A program made the position numbers and the translations under genes. The notes beneath the pieces are model-generated. The model ran no database searches and was not told where the DNA came from. It saw only the letters and a program-made list of their open reading frames with translations. DNA of 64,000 nt. Source: a virus (lineage: Duplodnaviria; Caudoviricetes). How positions within the stretch are numbered: the first letter of the stretch is position 1; every line of letters begins with the position of its first letter. The stretch lies in the IMG/VR virus record IMGVR_UViG_3300044556_000077, positions 32,001-96,000 of that record. One strand, 5' to 3'. Of this stretch, positions 33,101-41,500 are shown in pieces.

Positions 33101-36100
33101 AATGGCAAGTATGTAACTAAGACAGTAAAAGTTATTAAAGGTCAAACCAAAAAAGTTAAAGTACCAAAGAAGAAGAATGGCAAGATTGTCAGAGATAAGA
33201 AAGGCAAAATTGTATATACCACAAAGAACGTACCTGTATACGAATACAAAATGGTTCCAAAGAGGTACAAGTCTGGTAAGAAGAAAGGTAAAGTTGTCAA
33301 GAAGAATGGCAAGACTGTCTACACAGTAAAGAAAGTACAGAAAAAAGTACCTGTATATACATATAAAGGTGGTGTTACCTATAAGAAAGGTAAAACCAAA
33401 GTTAGACTTGACAAGAAATGGCAACAGCTTGTAATTAACGGAGCTATCAAATCTATCTCTAAGAGTGGAAAGATTAAATACATTAAAGGAGATAAGATTC
33501 AATCTGTTAAAGATGAAAATCTTGCAAAAGCTATTCAGGACTTCCAAGATTACTATGATAAATATCGTGAAGCAAAAGAGAAAGCGGAAGAGCTTAAAGT
33601 ACAAAAGCTCGATGCGTTTAAACAAAAATTCGATAATGTAGTTTCTGATTATCAGAACAGACAAAGTATTATTGAACATAAAGCTACTATGGCTTCTAAA
33701 CAGAATGATATTCTTCAAACCAGAGGAAGAATGATGACAGCAGCAAATTATACTGCTATTAAAGAAGCTAATGAAGCAAAGCTTGCATCTGAAGTTGAAG
33801 AACAAAAGAAACTTCAAAAGAAGATGCACGACTATCTTAAGAATGGTGGCAAGAAGAATTCTCAAGCATGGCAGGAAATGACCATCTCAATGAATGAGAA
33901 TCTTGAAGCACAGCTTGACACCAAGAATGAGATTGCGCAAGCAAGCAAAAATATTCTTGAGGCTCAATGGAAGAACTTCGATAAACTACAGGAGTTATAT
34001 AATGTAATTCCGAATGAGATGCAGTTCCTTGTAGATAATCTCACTAAAGATGGATTATATTATGAGTTAGATCATTACTATGATTCTGATATTGCTCAAG
34101 GAAGAAATGTGTCTGAGCAGATGCATGAGTATGCTAATATTGGTAAGTTAAATAACAATGGTATCGCTGCCGGAGGATTAAGACTTGCTAAGTATGAAGC
34201 TTATATTGCACAGGCAAAGAGTTATCAGAAAGAAGTTGAAAAGCTTAAAGAAGAAATTGCTGCAGATCCGTATGATCTCGACATCAGAGCGCAGTATAAT
34301 ACATATCTTGAAGCTTATCAATCAGCAGTCAATAGTGCTAATGAAGAAAAAGAAGCAATCAAGAGCTTAATTTCTGATGGATATCAGAAGCAATTAGATG
34401 CTATCAATAAGATTATTAGTGCTCGTAAAGAATCTCTCCAAGCAGAAAAGGATCTGTATGACTATGAACAGTCTATGCAGGATAAGCAGAAGAGCATTAA
34501 TAGCTATAAGAAGCAGTTACTTGCACTTCAGGGAGATAACTCAGAAGAGGCTCAAGCGCGAAGACAGATTATCCAAAAGAATCTTGACGATGCCAAGAAA
34601 GATATGAAAAGTACTCAGATGGATAGACTCGTATCCGATCAAGGTGCTATGCTTGACCAGCTTTATACCAGACTTCAAGAGCTTACTGAAAAGATTTCTA
34701 ATGATACTGATCGCTCTATTGAAGAACTTAAAACTCAAGTGAGAGGTGGAGCTTCTACTATTAAAGATACAATTAGTTCTGAGACAGAAAAATGGGGATA
34801 TAAAGTATCTGATGACACACAAAAGATCATCGATCAACTTAGTGTATCTGGTAATATTTCTGATACTATTGGAACAATTAAAGAAAACCAGACTGGAATT
34901 GAAGGTACACTTGAGCAGATTCTTCAAACTCTTATGGATTACATTGAAGCTAAAGGAGACAAACAATATACTGGATGGGAAGAACTTAAGTCAAAGCTGT
35001 ATGATAAAAATGGAAATCTTCTTAAGAGATATTCTACGGACAAGCATGGATATAAAGATATTACTAAAGAGATTGAGAAGCTTGAACAACTTATTAAAGA
35101 AAAAGGTTGGACAGCTAAAGAAACTCAAGAACAATATGCTACAGTACAAAAGCTTGTTGGTGAGGATGATAGTAATTATAACTCTCGTGTTAAAGCAAGA
35201 CAGCGTACAAACAAGCATCTTAGTGACCTGAAGAAGACAGAAGATTCTATTAAAAAGAAGATTAGTTCTGCTAATGATAAACTTGGAGAGCTTAAGAAAG
35301 AAAGAAGGCATGCTAAGACATCTTCTGAAAAGAAGAAACTCGATAAAGAAATTGCAGCTGAACGTAAGAAGAGAGATAAGTATAAAGAGCAATATGAGAA
35401 AGCTAAGAATGAGTATAATAAGCTGAATAATCTTATGAAACAAGGGGGAGAGCCAGCAATGGACTACATTGATGATGTTCAGGCTGGTAAAACCAAGTGG
35501 CAAAAGGCTGATATCAAGCGTGGAGAAAAAGCTGTAGACACTCACCTGAAGAATCTCAGAAAAGATAAGAAAGCTGACCAAAAGGTTCTTAAGAAGCAAG
35601 AAAACGATCTTGTTAATATCAATAAACTTATTAGTAAATCACATGGTGATGCCAAGAAGAACCTGCAAAAGCAGAGAACCGAGATCACTAAGAACATTCA
35701 GGACTTACAGAAGTCTATTGACTCCAAAACTGTAGAGATTAACAATATTGTTAATATGCAGATGGAAGGTGGACAAGGCTGGATGGATTATGTTCAGGAC
35801 GCTGCTGATGGTAAACAAAAGTGGCAGACAAATCCTACTGGATCTGATAAGAAGACATCTTCCAGCTCTTCTAATAAATCTTCCTCTTCCTCTTGGAAAG
35901 CTCCATCAGTGCTTAAAGGATTTGACCACGGTAAAACTAACAAGAAATATAAAAACGCTACAACAGCGCACGATATGCTTAGATATCGTGGATATGATGT
36001 AAGTGGTAGTGACAGTGACTTCAAGGCAATCTTTAAAAAGATTTTCGGTCGTACATGGAAAGGTACTGCAAAAGATACTAAGGATTATAGAAATTGGTTA

Positions 36101-36481
36101 AAGAAACACGGTTTCGCTCAAGGTGGAACTATCGGTGATCTCATTAAGGGAACTGGTGAAGATGGATTTGTACTTGCCAGAACAGGAGAAGAAGTCCTCT
36201 CTATTCCTAAACTGAAGCTTGCCGATGAAATGGTTTCTAAGTTAATCAATGCCAGTGTTGCCACACCTCATGTTGCAACAAATACAAATACAACAACACC
36301 TGTTGGTAATATAACATTCACTATTGAAGAAATGAATCTTCCGAATGTTAAGGATAGTAAGGACTTTGCCAATAATCTTATTGGTGTCCTCAAAGATGAT
36401 ACTAGGATTCAAAAGGCTATCCGTTCTGTATCTATTGATATGGTTGGCGGTGGAAATACCTTCGGTGTAAGGCGTTTCTAG
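27158..36481 (+). CDS. tape measure protein, exon 2 (spliced protein ~4600 aa)
   Basis: Second half of TMP core (TRQDGSEIGNAMKTILTRI); three A.GG...GE.. motifs; frame open from 27158. Confidence 0.88.
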   Translation, partial: KGIQIMTDAVQKAGAVAKDSGMSYEQLMAITASVSARTRQDGSEIGNAMKTILTRIGKASKLSASGEVDNATLSDASKALNNVGIDVYKPNGQFRNINTILGELSQRWGSLTDAQKRQISFAIAATRQTNVLSAILETYSQSTKLATEATNAHGNAMKNNEKWMDSSAGKIQSVKTNLSDFWIHFYNSNVIKGVLNLTKGFTTLFSTISHIPGIGGGLSGGLLAAFGINRFLRGKQAFQNFKNLRTKEGAGWTSAVFQSLFGLHNYTDKSEYKNSMLRNDVNRFQKIWDGVNKTLFSGDLIASLKNKFSKAKEQFALGREGAAAGYKNADEFLNARYTARTKDYIRNGVRLGDVYDKLSQEEIKAARLKEGNASDAANLALNAGMLAGNLKTGFKETVLPNLIKFIKNPVGIGAIAAAVTYGALRIATYAAHSINRKYDGAAKKIKEYERDEDKAQLNVDKLKAQRARHGTLNAADQSTLEMYQARVKFAKQQQKVQKQIQASNVEGSFKVKTKGSGMTWDDKAAFNGIAGVGGSTGLAGITEAYSQVEKYLREYKAKNSKLGFTDFMKRSSAQMEALMKFRDKVRQYDKQGLRVSSQDKQLANQIDTLANSWNKVAIAQSKASSGMAKYNNTINSVTKKMSSWQDYINSAPAVLDSMNKVIKGANDNGASLKSFQDTIKTVLTNSADTKQGTDQFWTAAETMFTKKQLIRNGYDYTKTRAMMQQEQKFAAKSASGAYSFLQYLNQNKSAIGKATAKSKGGQVTITQDSSGIHVSGLNTKNIGAVGNAIGYSKDLMNLFEDNLQRYAPMALTYTKQALDKVAPKIAGSMENTVWKGSNKKADKKWLKANGSSKNPYADTTDLYTDSLQWYKKGGQRSLVRKTFKGFNFKELADNVSKASNKYNAKNLIGYSKSRYGATNKTAPVFSDAKAKSMELNIAQLAREGKAKGLTKSETIQAIRSLKQGTKAATGKDVGYYGKTKENGKTVTDSNLSAKEMKSIVKKAYGDPDSNKKSKVNISAKSVYVNGKKVKDPKDDDSKHPKKHPDKDTKDTKDTKKHQDKNGTKGSGSGSGGKGGGHGSRGSSSSGGGRSSSSGSGGGHGGSSSRGSHTSSSSSSHGSHSSSSSNGNGRGSKKNIISKSALQNSLNGTSTSHANVGKGINWDKVGKSIESANKKVNKWFKTGDTSNGGTKGKHILNPLAPIDKHPEVHYKGNKVIPNYKGATNQDPISKVLGKTSKNVKNSLADSFASSDLWRKSTIIANSDAFTGLGKLPSGGGLFPHSNKTKTAKSIKNSLADSFASSFLWRQSTIAKNALSTLPSRGKNALSTLPSRGKNALSALSNSGKNLLGTLFPAWKSSAFKADRGENLFSRLAKGANIAFRGGKSVLGKIGSGIANETSLFEAMKAGTASSKQIKQGWLHQLASKGKGLLGKGKDWLLDGFSMSAVYGATKKGSSKSSKDNKSKVKVDADTKSLSSALRKVKAKIKSLGKGKAGKIKIKADTKGVESPLKKLKSTLNKFKKTKKIKVSANVTGKKKITSLKSALKSIKSKKAHIKVTGGESASKQARSVKSALKKIPASKKTKVSAPGATQSAKQINAHVSAAKKIPPSKKTKVSAPGASKAASDLKSVANASKNIKTNIQINVTVSKHKKAHGGLVTNDELTTTGELGKELVRTPEGHFYTVGNKGREDVPLSKGSYVFTAAQTSKILRGKSYITKNNQLTTDKTKGISPTLTNIYDAKASGGEAKAGYSLVGEEGAELIKSGDRAYLVGKNGAELTYLNKGDYVYTADETKRIMNGRSTKTDILNDIMSRAGGTSGDKLKDGGYYTVKVVRSAAHPIGTGDQGMSAADVKKANAKKASSKSNKKSSKKSSKKSSKRSSKKSSKKSSKKSGKKSSSKKSKDSEPTKFDWIERAVAKIEHVLNIIDKHVESIHRTWGDREKSLDHQIKTLNEELNLQKKAAKWYKAKAVGTKKQKTKKVRVKKNGKYVTKTVKVIKGQTKKVKVPKKKNGKIVRDKKGKIVYTTKNVPVYEYKMVPKRYKSGKKKGKVVKKNGKTVYTVKKVQKKVPVYTYKGGVTYKKGKTKVRLDKKWQQLVINGAIKSISKSGKIKYIKGDKIQSVKDENLAKAIQDFQDYYDKYREAKEKAEELKVQKLDAFKQKFDNVVSDYQNRQSIIEHKATMASKQNDILQTRGRMMTAANYTAIKEANEAKLASEVEEQKKLQKKMHDYLKNGGKKNSQAWQEMTISMNENLEAQLDTKNEIAQASKNILEAQWKNFDKLQELYNVIPNEMQFLVDNLTKDGLYYELDHYYDSDIAQGRNVSEQMHEYANIGKLNNNGIAAGGLRLAKYEAYIAQAKSYQKEVEKLKEEIAADPYDLDIRAQYNTYLEAYQSAVNSANEEKEAIKSLISDGYQKQLDAINKIISARKESLQAEKDLYDYEQSMQDKQKSINSYKKQLLALQGDNSEEAQARRQIIQKNLDDAKKDMKSTQMDRLVSDQGAMLDQLYTRLQELTEKISNDTDRSIEELKTQVRGGASTIKDTISSETEKWGYKVSDDTQKIIDQLSVSGNISDTIGTIKENQTGIEGTLEQILQTLMDYIEAKGDKQYTGWEELKSKLYDKNGNLLKRYSTDKHGYKDITKEIEKLEQLIKEKGWTAKETQEQYATVQKLVGEDDSNYNSRVKARQRTNKHLSDLKKTEDSIKKKISSANDKLGELKKERRHAKTSSEKKKLDKEIAAERKKRDKYKEQYEKAKNEYNKLNNLMKQGGEPAMDYIDDVQAGKTKWQKADIKRGEKAVDTHLKNLRKDKKADQKVLKKQENDLVNINKLISKSHGDAKKNLQKQRTEITKNIQDLQKSIDSKTVEINNIVNMQMEGGQGWMDYVQDAADGKQKWQTNPTGSDKKTSSSSSNKSSSSSWKAPSVLKGFDHGKTNKKYKNATTAHDMLRYRGYDVSGSDSDFKAIFKKIFGRTWKGTAKDTKDYRNWLKKHGFAQGGTIGDLIKGTGEDGFVLARTGEEVLSIPKLKLADEMVSKLINASVATPHVATNTNTTTPVGNITFTIEEMNLPNVKDSKDFANNLIGVLKDDTRIQKAIRSVSIDMVGGGNTFGVRRF
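31084..31170 (+). repeat. 33-bp tandem repeat (~2.6 copies; KNALSTLPSRG)
   Basis: taaaaatgcattatctacattacctagtcgtgg at 31084 and 31117, partial at 31150. Confidence 0.9.
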
Positions 36482-36552
36482 TTTTATTAATGGAGAGAGA
36501 TATATAGAGATATATGTCTCTCCCCTACCCTTATTGACGAAAGGAGTGAGTT

Positions 36553-37074
36553 ATGCATGGAGTGGGAATGCCACCGGATCATCTGGCAAGAGCGTTAAGA
36601 GATATCTCTCTTTACGATTTCTTAGCAGCTATGGTCTTTATTATTGGAGTTGTAGCCTATGTAAGTTCTAAGCTTCATAAGCTGTTGGAAAGTTACAGGA
36701 AAGCAATAAATGAATTTGAGGAACACAACGCAGAAATCAAGAAACACTCTAAAGCTATTTCTAAATTAAAAATGGAAGATGACACAATTCACAGTGACAT
36801 ATCTAAACTTAGTGGAAATGTTGAAGTTCTTAGACAGATGCTTATAGGAATGCAAAAGAAAAATGATGATTGTGAACGAGCGAGGTTGAAGAACGAGATT
36901 AGTAAAGCCTACCAACGATTTCATAAAGTAAGAAAATGGTCTTCAATGGAAAAAGAAGCTATGGAAGACTTAATCGAACAATACGAAGCGTGTGGCGGTA
37001 TGAATAGTTTTGTTCATAAAAAAGTTCAGGTTGAAATGTACACTTGGGAAGTTACAGATGATATTGTTGAATAA
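36553..37074 (+). CDS. membrane-anchored coiled-coil protein (holin-associated type)
   Basis: One N-terminal TM helix; Y...GG.N motif. Confidence 0.5.
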   Translation: MHGVGMPPDHLARALRDISLYDFLAAMVFIIGVVAYVSSKLHKLLESYRKAINEFEEHNAEIKKHSKAISKLKMEDDTIHSDISKLSGNVEVLRQMLIGMQKKNDDCERARLKNEISKAYQRFHKVRKWSSMEKEAMEDLIEQYEACGGMNSFVHKKVQVEMYTWEVTDDIVE

Positions 37075-37112
37075 TTTATATTCTGCAATGAATTTTATAA
37101 AGGAGCAAGAGG

Positions 37113-37577
37113 ATGGACTTTAATTCTATATTCAATAGAGAGAAAGAAATTCAAGCAAATAGAAATAAAGGCTCAGAAAAATATTTAAGCGAAGATAAAT
37201 CTTCACAGGTAAAAGAACCTGTTGAAAATATTAATTTGGTTGATTCTCAATATAATGAGCCAGAAACTAAATCACTAGAGCAGAAGCTTGTTGACAGCTT
37301 GGTTGCAGAGCGTGATGAGATTAAAAGTAAGTATACTAAGTTAGTTGAGTCTCTGGATTTACATACAGAGGCACAAGACGAACTGAATGACAAGTGCTTT
37401 GAAATTTTAGAAGCATGGAGAGAATGTCAAAAGATATATGATGAGGGACTTCAATCTATTGTTGAGGTACGAACCAAATACCAATCTCTTTGCGATGAGA
37501 TGGAAGAATTAAAAAAAGAATACAAGAAGAAAATGGATAAATTATTGAAGGACGCAAAACATGAATTGCGTCATTAA
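37113..37577 (+). CDS. coiled-coil hypothetical protein
   Basis: AAGGAG RBS, 154 aa. Confidence 0.55.
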   Translation: MDFNSIFNREKEIQANRNKGSEKYLSEDKSSQVKEPVENINLVDSQYNEPETKSLEQKLVDSLVAERDEIKSKYTKLVESLDLHTEAQDELNDKCFEILEAWRECQKIYDEGLQSIVEVRTKYQSLCDEMEELKKEYKKKMDKLLKDAKHELRH

Positions 37578-37668
37578 TTTATTTTGAAGCTTATTTTTAT
37601 ATACAAGGATTTTATAGAATACAAGGATTATAAGGAACACTTAATTATTTTGAAGAAAGGGGCGTTAT

Positions 37669-38553
37669 ATGCAAGTCAAAGACATAATTTATGACGGTCA
37701 GAAATTCTCTGATTATGGTCTGTTAAATGTTTATGTGTCCTTATCAGAGGAGCTTACCCCTGATATTGGTAATAAGTTAGAACTCACTAAAGTTAAAGCT
37801 GCCGATGCGGATGTTTACCATATTGTAAATGCGCAGTATCAGGATGTAGTTCAGTTTCAGATTGAAGCTACCAGAATCAACTGCGAATACATTAATAATT
37901 ATGAAATGACTGGTAAAGAAATTAATGATTTCCTCTTCTGGCTTAACAGAAAAGAACCACATAAGTTTCAGGTTATTTACGACAAAGATGGATTCGATGA
38001 TATTTACTATATGGGCACATTCACTGAATTCAAGCCTATTAAGGTAGGAGCTGCATTAGTTGGTTTTAACTGTACTTTTACTGCCAATGCCCCTTTCGCT
38101 TTCCACGAACCTGTTACCTTCACAAATTATAAAATTAAGGTGGATAATACAGGGAAAATTGTTAAAGATGCGAACGGTAATATTGAGCATGATAGAAGCA
38201 AGGAATTCCGTTATAACAGCATTTCTACTGAAGAAGGTTTTATCTATTGTGATTGCACAGTAAAACTGTTTGAAGACGGAGATTTCACTTTAACAAATGA
38301 ATATGATTTAAATCCAGTTGTAGTGAAGAACTGCAAGTCTGGTGAAATACTTACCTTCAAGGGATCTAACAATGTAAAGAATTTAACCTCTTCCCTTGGA
38401 GATGCACATAAAAAATTATTTAATGATTTTAATTTCAGATTCCCTAGAGTTATGAATGTATTTGGGAATCCACATAACCAATTCAAGTCTAGTTTGGATG
38501 CCGAGATCACAATGACATATATCCCAATCGCAAAGGTAGGTGAGATATTCTAA
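37669..38553 (+). CDS. distal tail protein (Dit)
   Basis: YDG..FSDYGL start, WLNR, FT.NAPFA; follows TMP. Confidence 0.8.
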   Translation: MQVKDIIYDGQKFSDYGLLNVYVSLSEELTPDIGNKLELTKVKAADADVYHIVNAQYQDVVQFQIEATRINCEYINNYEMTGKEINDFLFWLNRKEPHKFQVIYDKDGFDDIYYMGTFTEFKPIKVGAALVGFNCTFTANAPFAFHEPVTFTNYKIKVDNTGKIVKDANGNIEHDRSKEFRYNSISTEEGFIYCDCTVKLFEDGDFTLTNEYDLNPVVVKNCKSGEILTFKGSNNVKNLTSSLGDAHKKLFNDFNFRFPRVMNVFGNPHNQFKSSLDAEITMTYIPIAKVGEIF

Positions 38554-41500
38554 TGAATTTACTTTCAAAATATTCAGGAGAAGTTACTCCTTACACAGTT
38601 ATTCTGTGCAACAGAAACCATATTAACCTTGGTCTTATTCAGAATCCATCAGAGCTTACAGTAAAGATTAATATGAATGCAGCCGATGAGATTACATTCA
38701 CACTTTATGAAGAGAGCGAACCTTTGTGGGATAAGATTGAAGACTTTAAATATGTATTGATTCCAGAAATTGATTATCTGAATCCTAACGGAGAGTACTT
38801 TGAGATTGCTGTTTCCTATTCTGTAGAGGATGGTGGCAAGAAAACTATTACAGGTGTATCTGCAGGAGAATGTGAATTAGGACAGATTAATCTTTATGGT
38901 GTAGAAATTAATACTGAGACAGATATTGACCGGGCAGATTATAAGGTAGCTAAGTTCTGGGATGAGAAGACAGAGAATCAGCCTAATACGCTGCTTTACA
39001 GAGTATTAAAGGAAGTTCCGAATTGGTCAGTTGGTCATGTAGATGCTTCTATTGCACAGCTTCAGAGAACATTCTCTATTGATGGAATATCCATTTATGA
39101 CTTTCTGACTCAGCAAGCTGCACAAGAGTTTAACTGCTTATTTCAGTTTGATTCGTATGATCGTGTAATCAATGTTTACGATCTTTATACAGTATGTACT
39201 CATAAGAATAGTGATGGCACATCTTGTGGAGAACGTGGAGACTTCTATCAGGTATGTCCTAAGTGCGGAACTGATGATGAACTTCACTATTACGGTAAAG
39301 ATACTACAGTTTATGTTGACTCTGAAAATCTGTCAGACAATGCAGGATTAGAAATCGATAAAGACAGCGTTAAAAACTGTTTTCATCTGGTAGCTGGTGA
39401 CGATAATATGACAGCTGCGGTATTAAACTGCTCCCCTTCTAATTCTAGCTACATCTATTATTTCTCTGATGAGCAGAAGGAAGATATGTCTAAAGAGCTT
39501 AGAGATGCTTTAGATAAGTATGAGAGTGATTTGAAAGCTGTACAGCCTACTTATGCTGATATGATGGAAAAGTATTATGATGCAATCGATAAGGAAAGCT
39601 ATTATGAGAACACCATGATGCCTACCCTCACCCCTGATTTGCCTACTACGACAGATGAGTATGAGAAGAGTAAGTTATATGCTGATAAGCTGACAAATTA
39701 TAATCTTTCTCCTATTGCTCTTGACTACATTTCTCCTGATACATCTCAAGCTACTGTAGAAAACTCTATTGAAGAGTATGCTAAAGTCTATGTACCTACT
39801 GCATATTATGAAGTTGAAGTAGCCAGAATTGCTGATTGGAATCATGTTAAAAATGTTAGTCTGCCTACCTACATGGTAGATCCAACTTATTCATATGATG
39901 AAGCAAGTAATACAGGAACTTGGACTGGTGTACTTGTTGTTAAGAATTATAATGACGAAACCAAGCCAGCGTTCTCTCAGGTACTTACAATCAGTTTTAG
40001 TTCTGCTAATCAGGAGCAGTTTATCAGACAGAAGATCGAAAAGATGCTCACTGCATATGACTATTATCAGAGAGATGATTATAGAGCAAATAAAGATGAT
40101 CGTTATATGTTCAACGTTCTGAAGCTTACTGATATTAATAAGTATAAAGAATCAATCAAGCTGTATTGTATGACACTCCTGAAAGACTTCCGCACTTCTA
40201 TCGAAGGATGTCTTGATATGCTTTCCGAATTCAGTATTGGTGATGGATCTGATGAAACAGACCAGCAGCCAGAGTTCCAAAAGCTTTATAATACATATTA
40301 TCAGATGCGTGAAGCTACTGAAGCTGAAATGAATGAACGTCAGAAACAGATTGATGAGCAAAACGCACTGATTAATAAATACCAAGCTGAAAACAAAGAG
40401 TATATTGAAAAGTATGATCTGAAAAAATATCTTACTGGTGATCTGTATAACGAGTTCTGTGCTTTCAGAAGAGAGGACGAATATAACAATACAAACTATA
40501 TCTCCGACTCTTTGGATACGGCTAAAGAATTATTTAAGAGAGCTAATGAGTTCTATAAAGAAGCCACAAAAGAACTTAAAAAAGCATCCAACTATAAGTA
40601 CAACATTACAACTGACTTAGCTAATCTGCTTGCCATTAAAGAGTTTGAACCACTTGCTACAGGCTTCGATCTTGGTGATTGGATTAGGATCAGAGTAGAT
40701 AAAGATATCTTCAGATTGCGCTTTATCAGCTATACAGTTAACTTCTCACAGCTTGACAAGATTCAGGTTGAGTTCTCCGATGCTACTAAAGCTAGAATCG
40801 ATGATCCTTATTATTCGATTAAGAACGTGTTAGACCAAGCCAGAAGTATGGCTACATCCTACTCTGCTGTTACCAGACAGGTTAAAAATAACAGTGATAA
40901 AACTACTGTAATTGACAACTGGGTAGAGAATGGTTTCGATGCAACTAAAACTAAGATTGTAGACAATGCTACGAATCAGGGAATCACTATTGACCAGCAT
41001 GGTGTGCTTGCTAGGCGTTGGAGCGATATTAATAAGAAGTTTGATAATAAGCAGCTTAAGCTTATTAACAATGGTATCTATATTACAGACGATAATTGGA
41101 AGACTATTAAAACGGCTTTGGGTAATTACTATTATCAAGATCCCGTTACTGCAAAGCAGACAGAGACTTATGGTTTGATGGCAGATACGATTGTAGGTAA
41201 GTTTATTCTGGGAAACAAATTATCCGTACAAGCGTTAGGTAAAGATCCTATTACAGGAGATCAGAACTTCGTTACATTCAATGTAGATTCTGATGGAGTA
41301 CAGTTAAATAACAGCTCATTCTCACTTACAGCGGATAAAAAAAATGCTTTAGGACACAGAAATAAGATTGTGCTTGATCCTAAGTTTGGTCTGCTTATGG
41401 GGGATGACCGTATTCTGGATTACTCTAATGGTAAGTATACGATTAAATCTGATTATGTAAATGAAGATGGAACGCTGAAATATAACGTATCAAGTGGTCA

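Noticed and set aside
4585-36481. Split terL/MCP/TMP as pseudogenes, frameshifts, inteins or group II introns
   Set aside because: The gaps contain stops, have group I P1/P3/P7 and a terminal G, lack GUGYG/AY ends, and excise in frame
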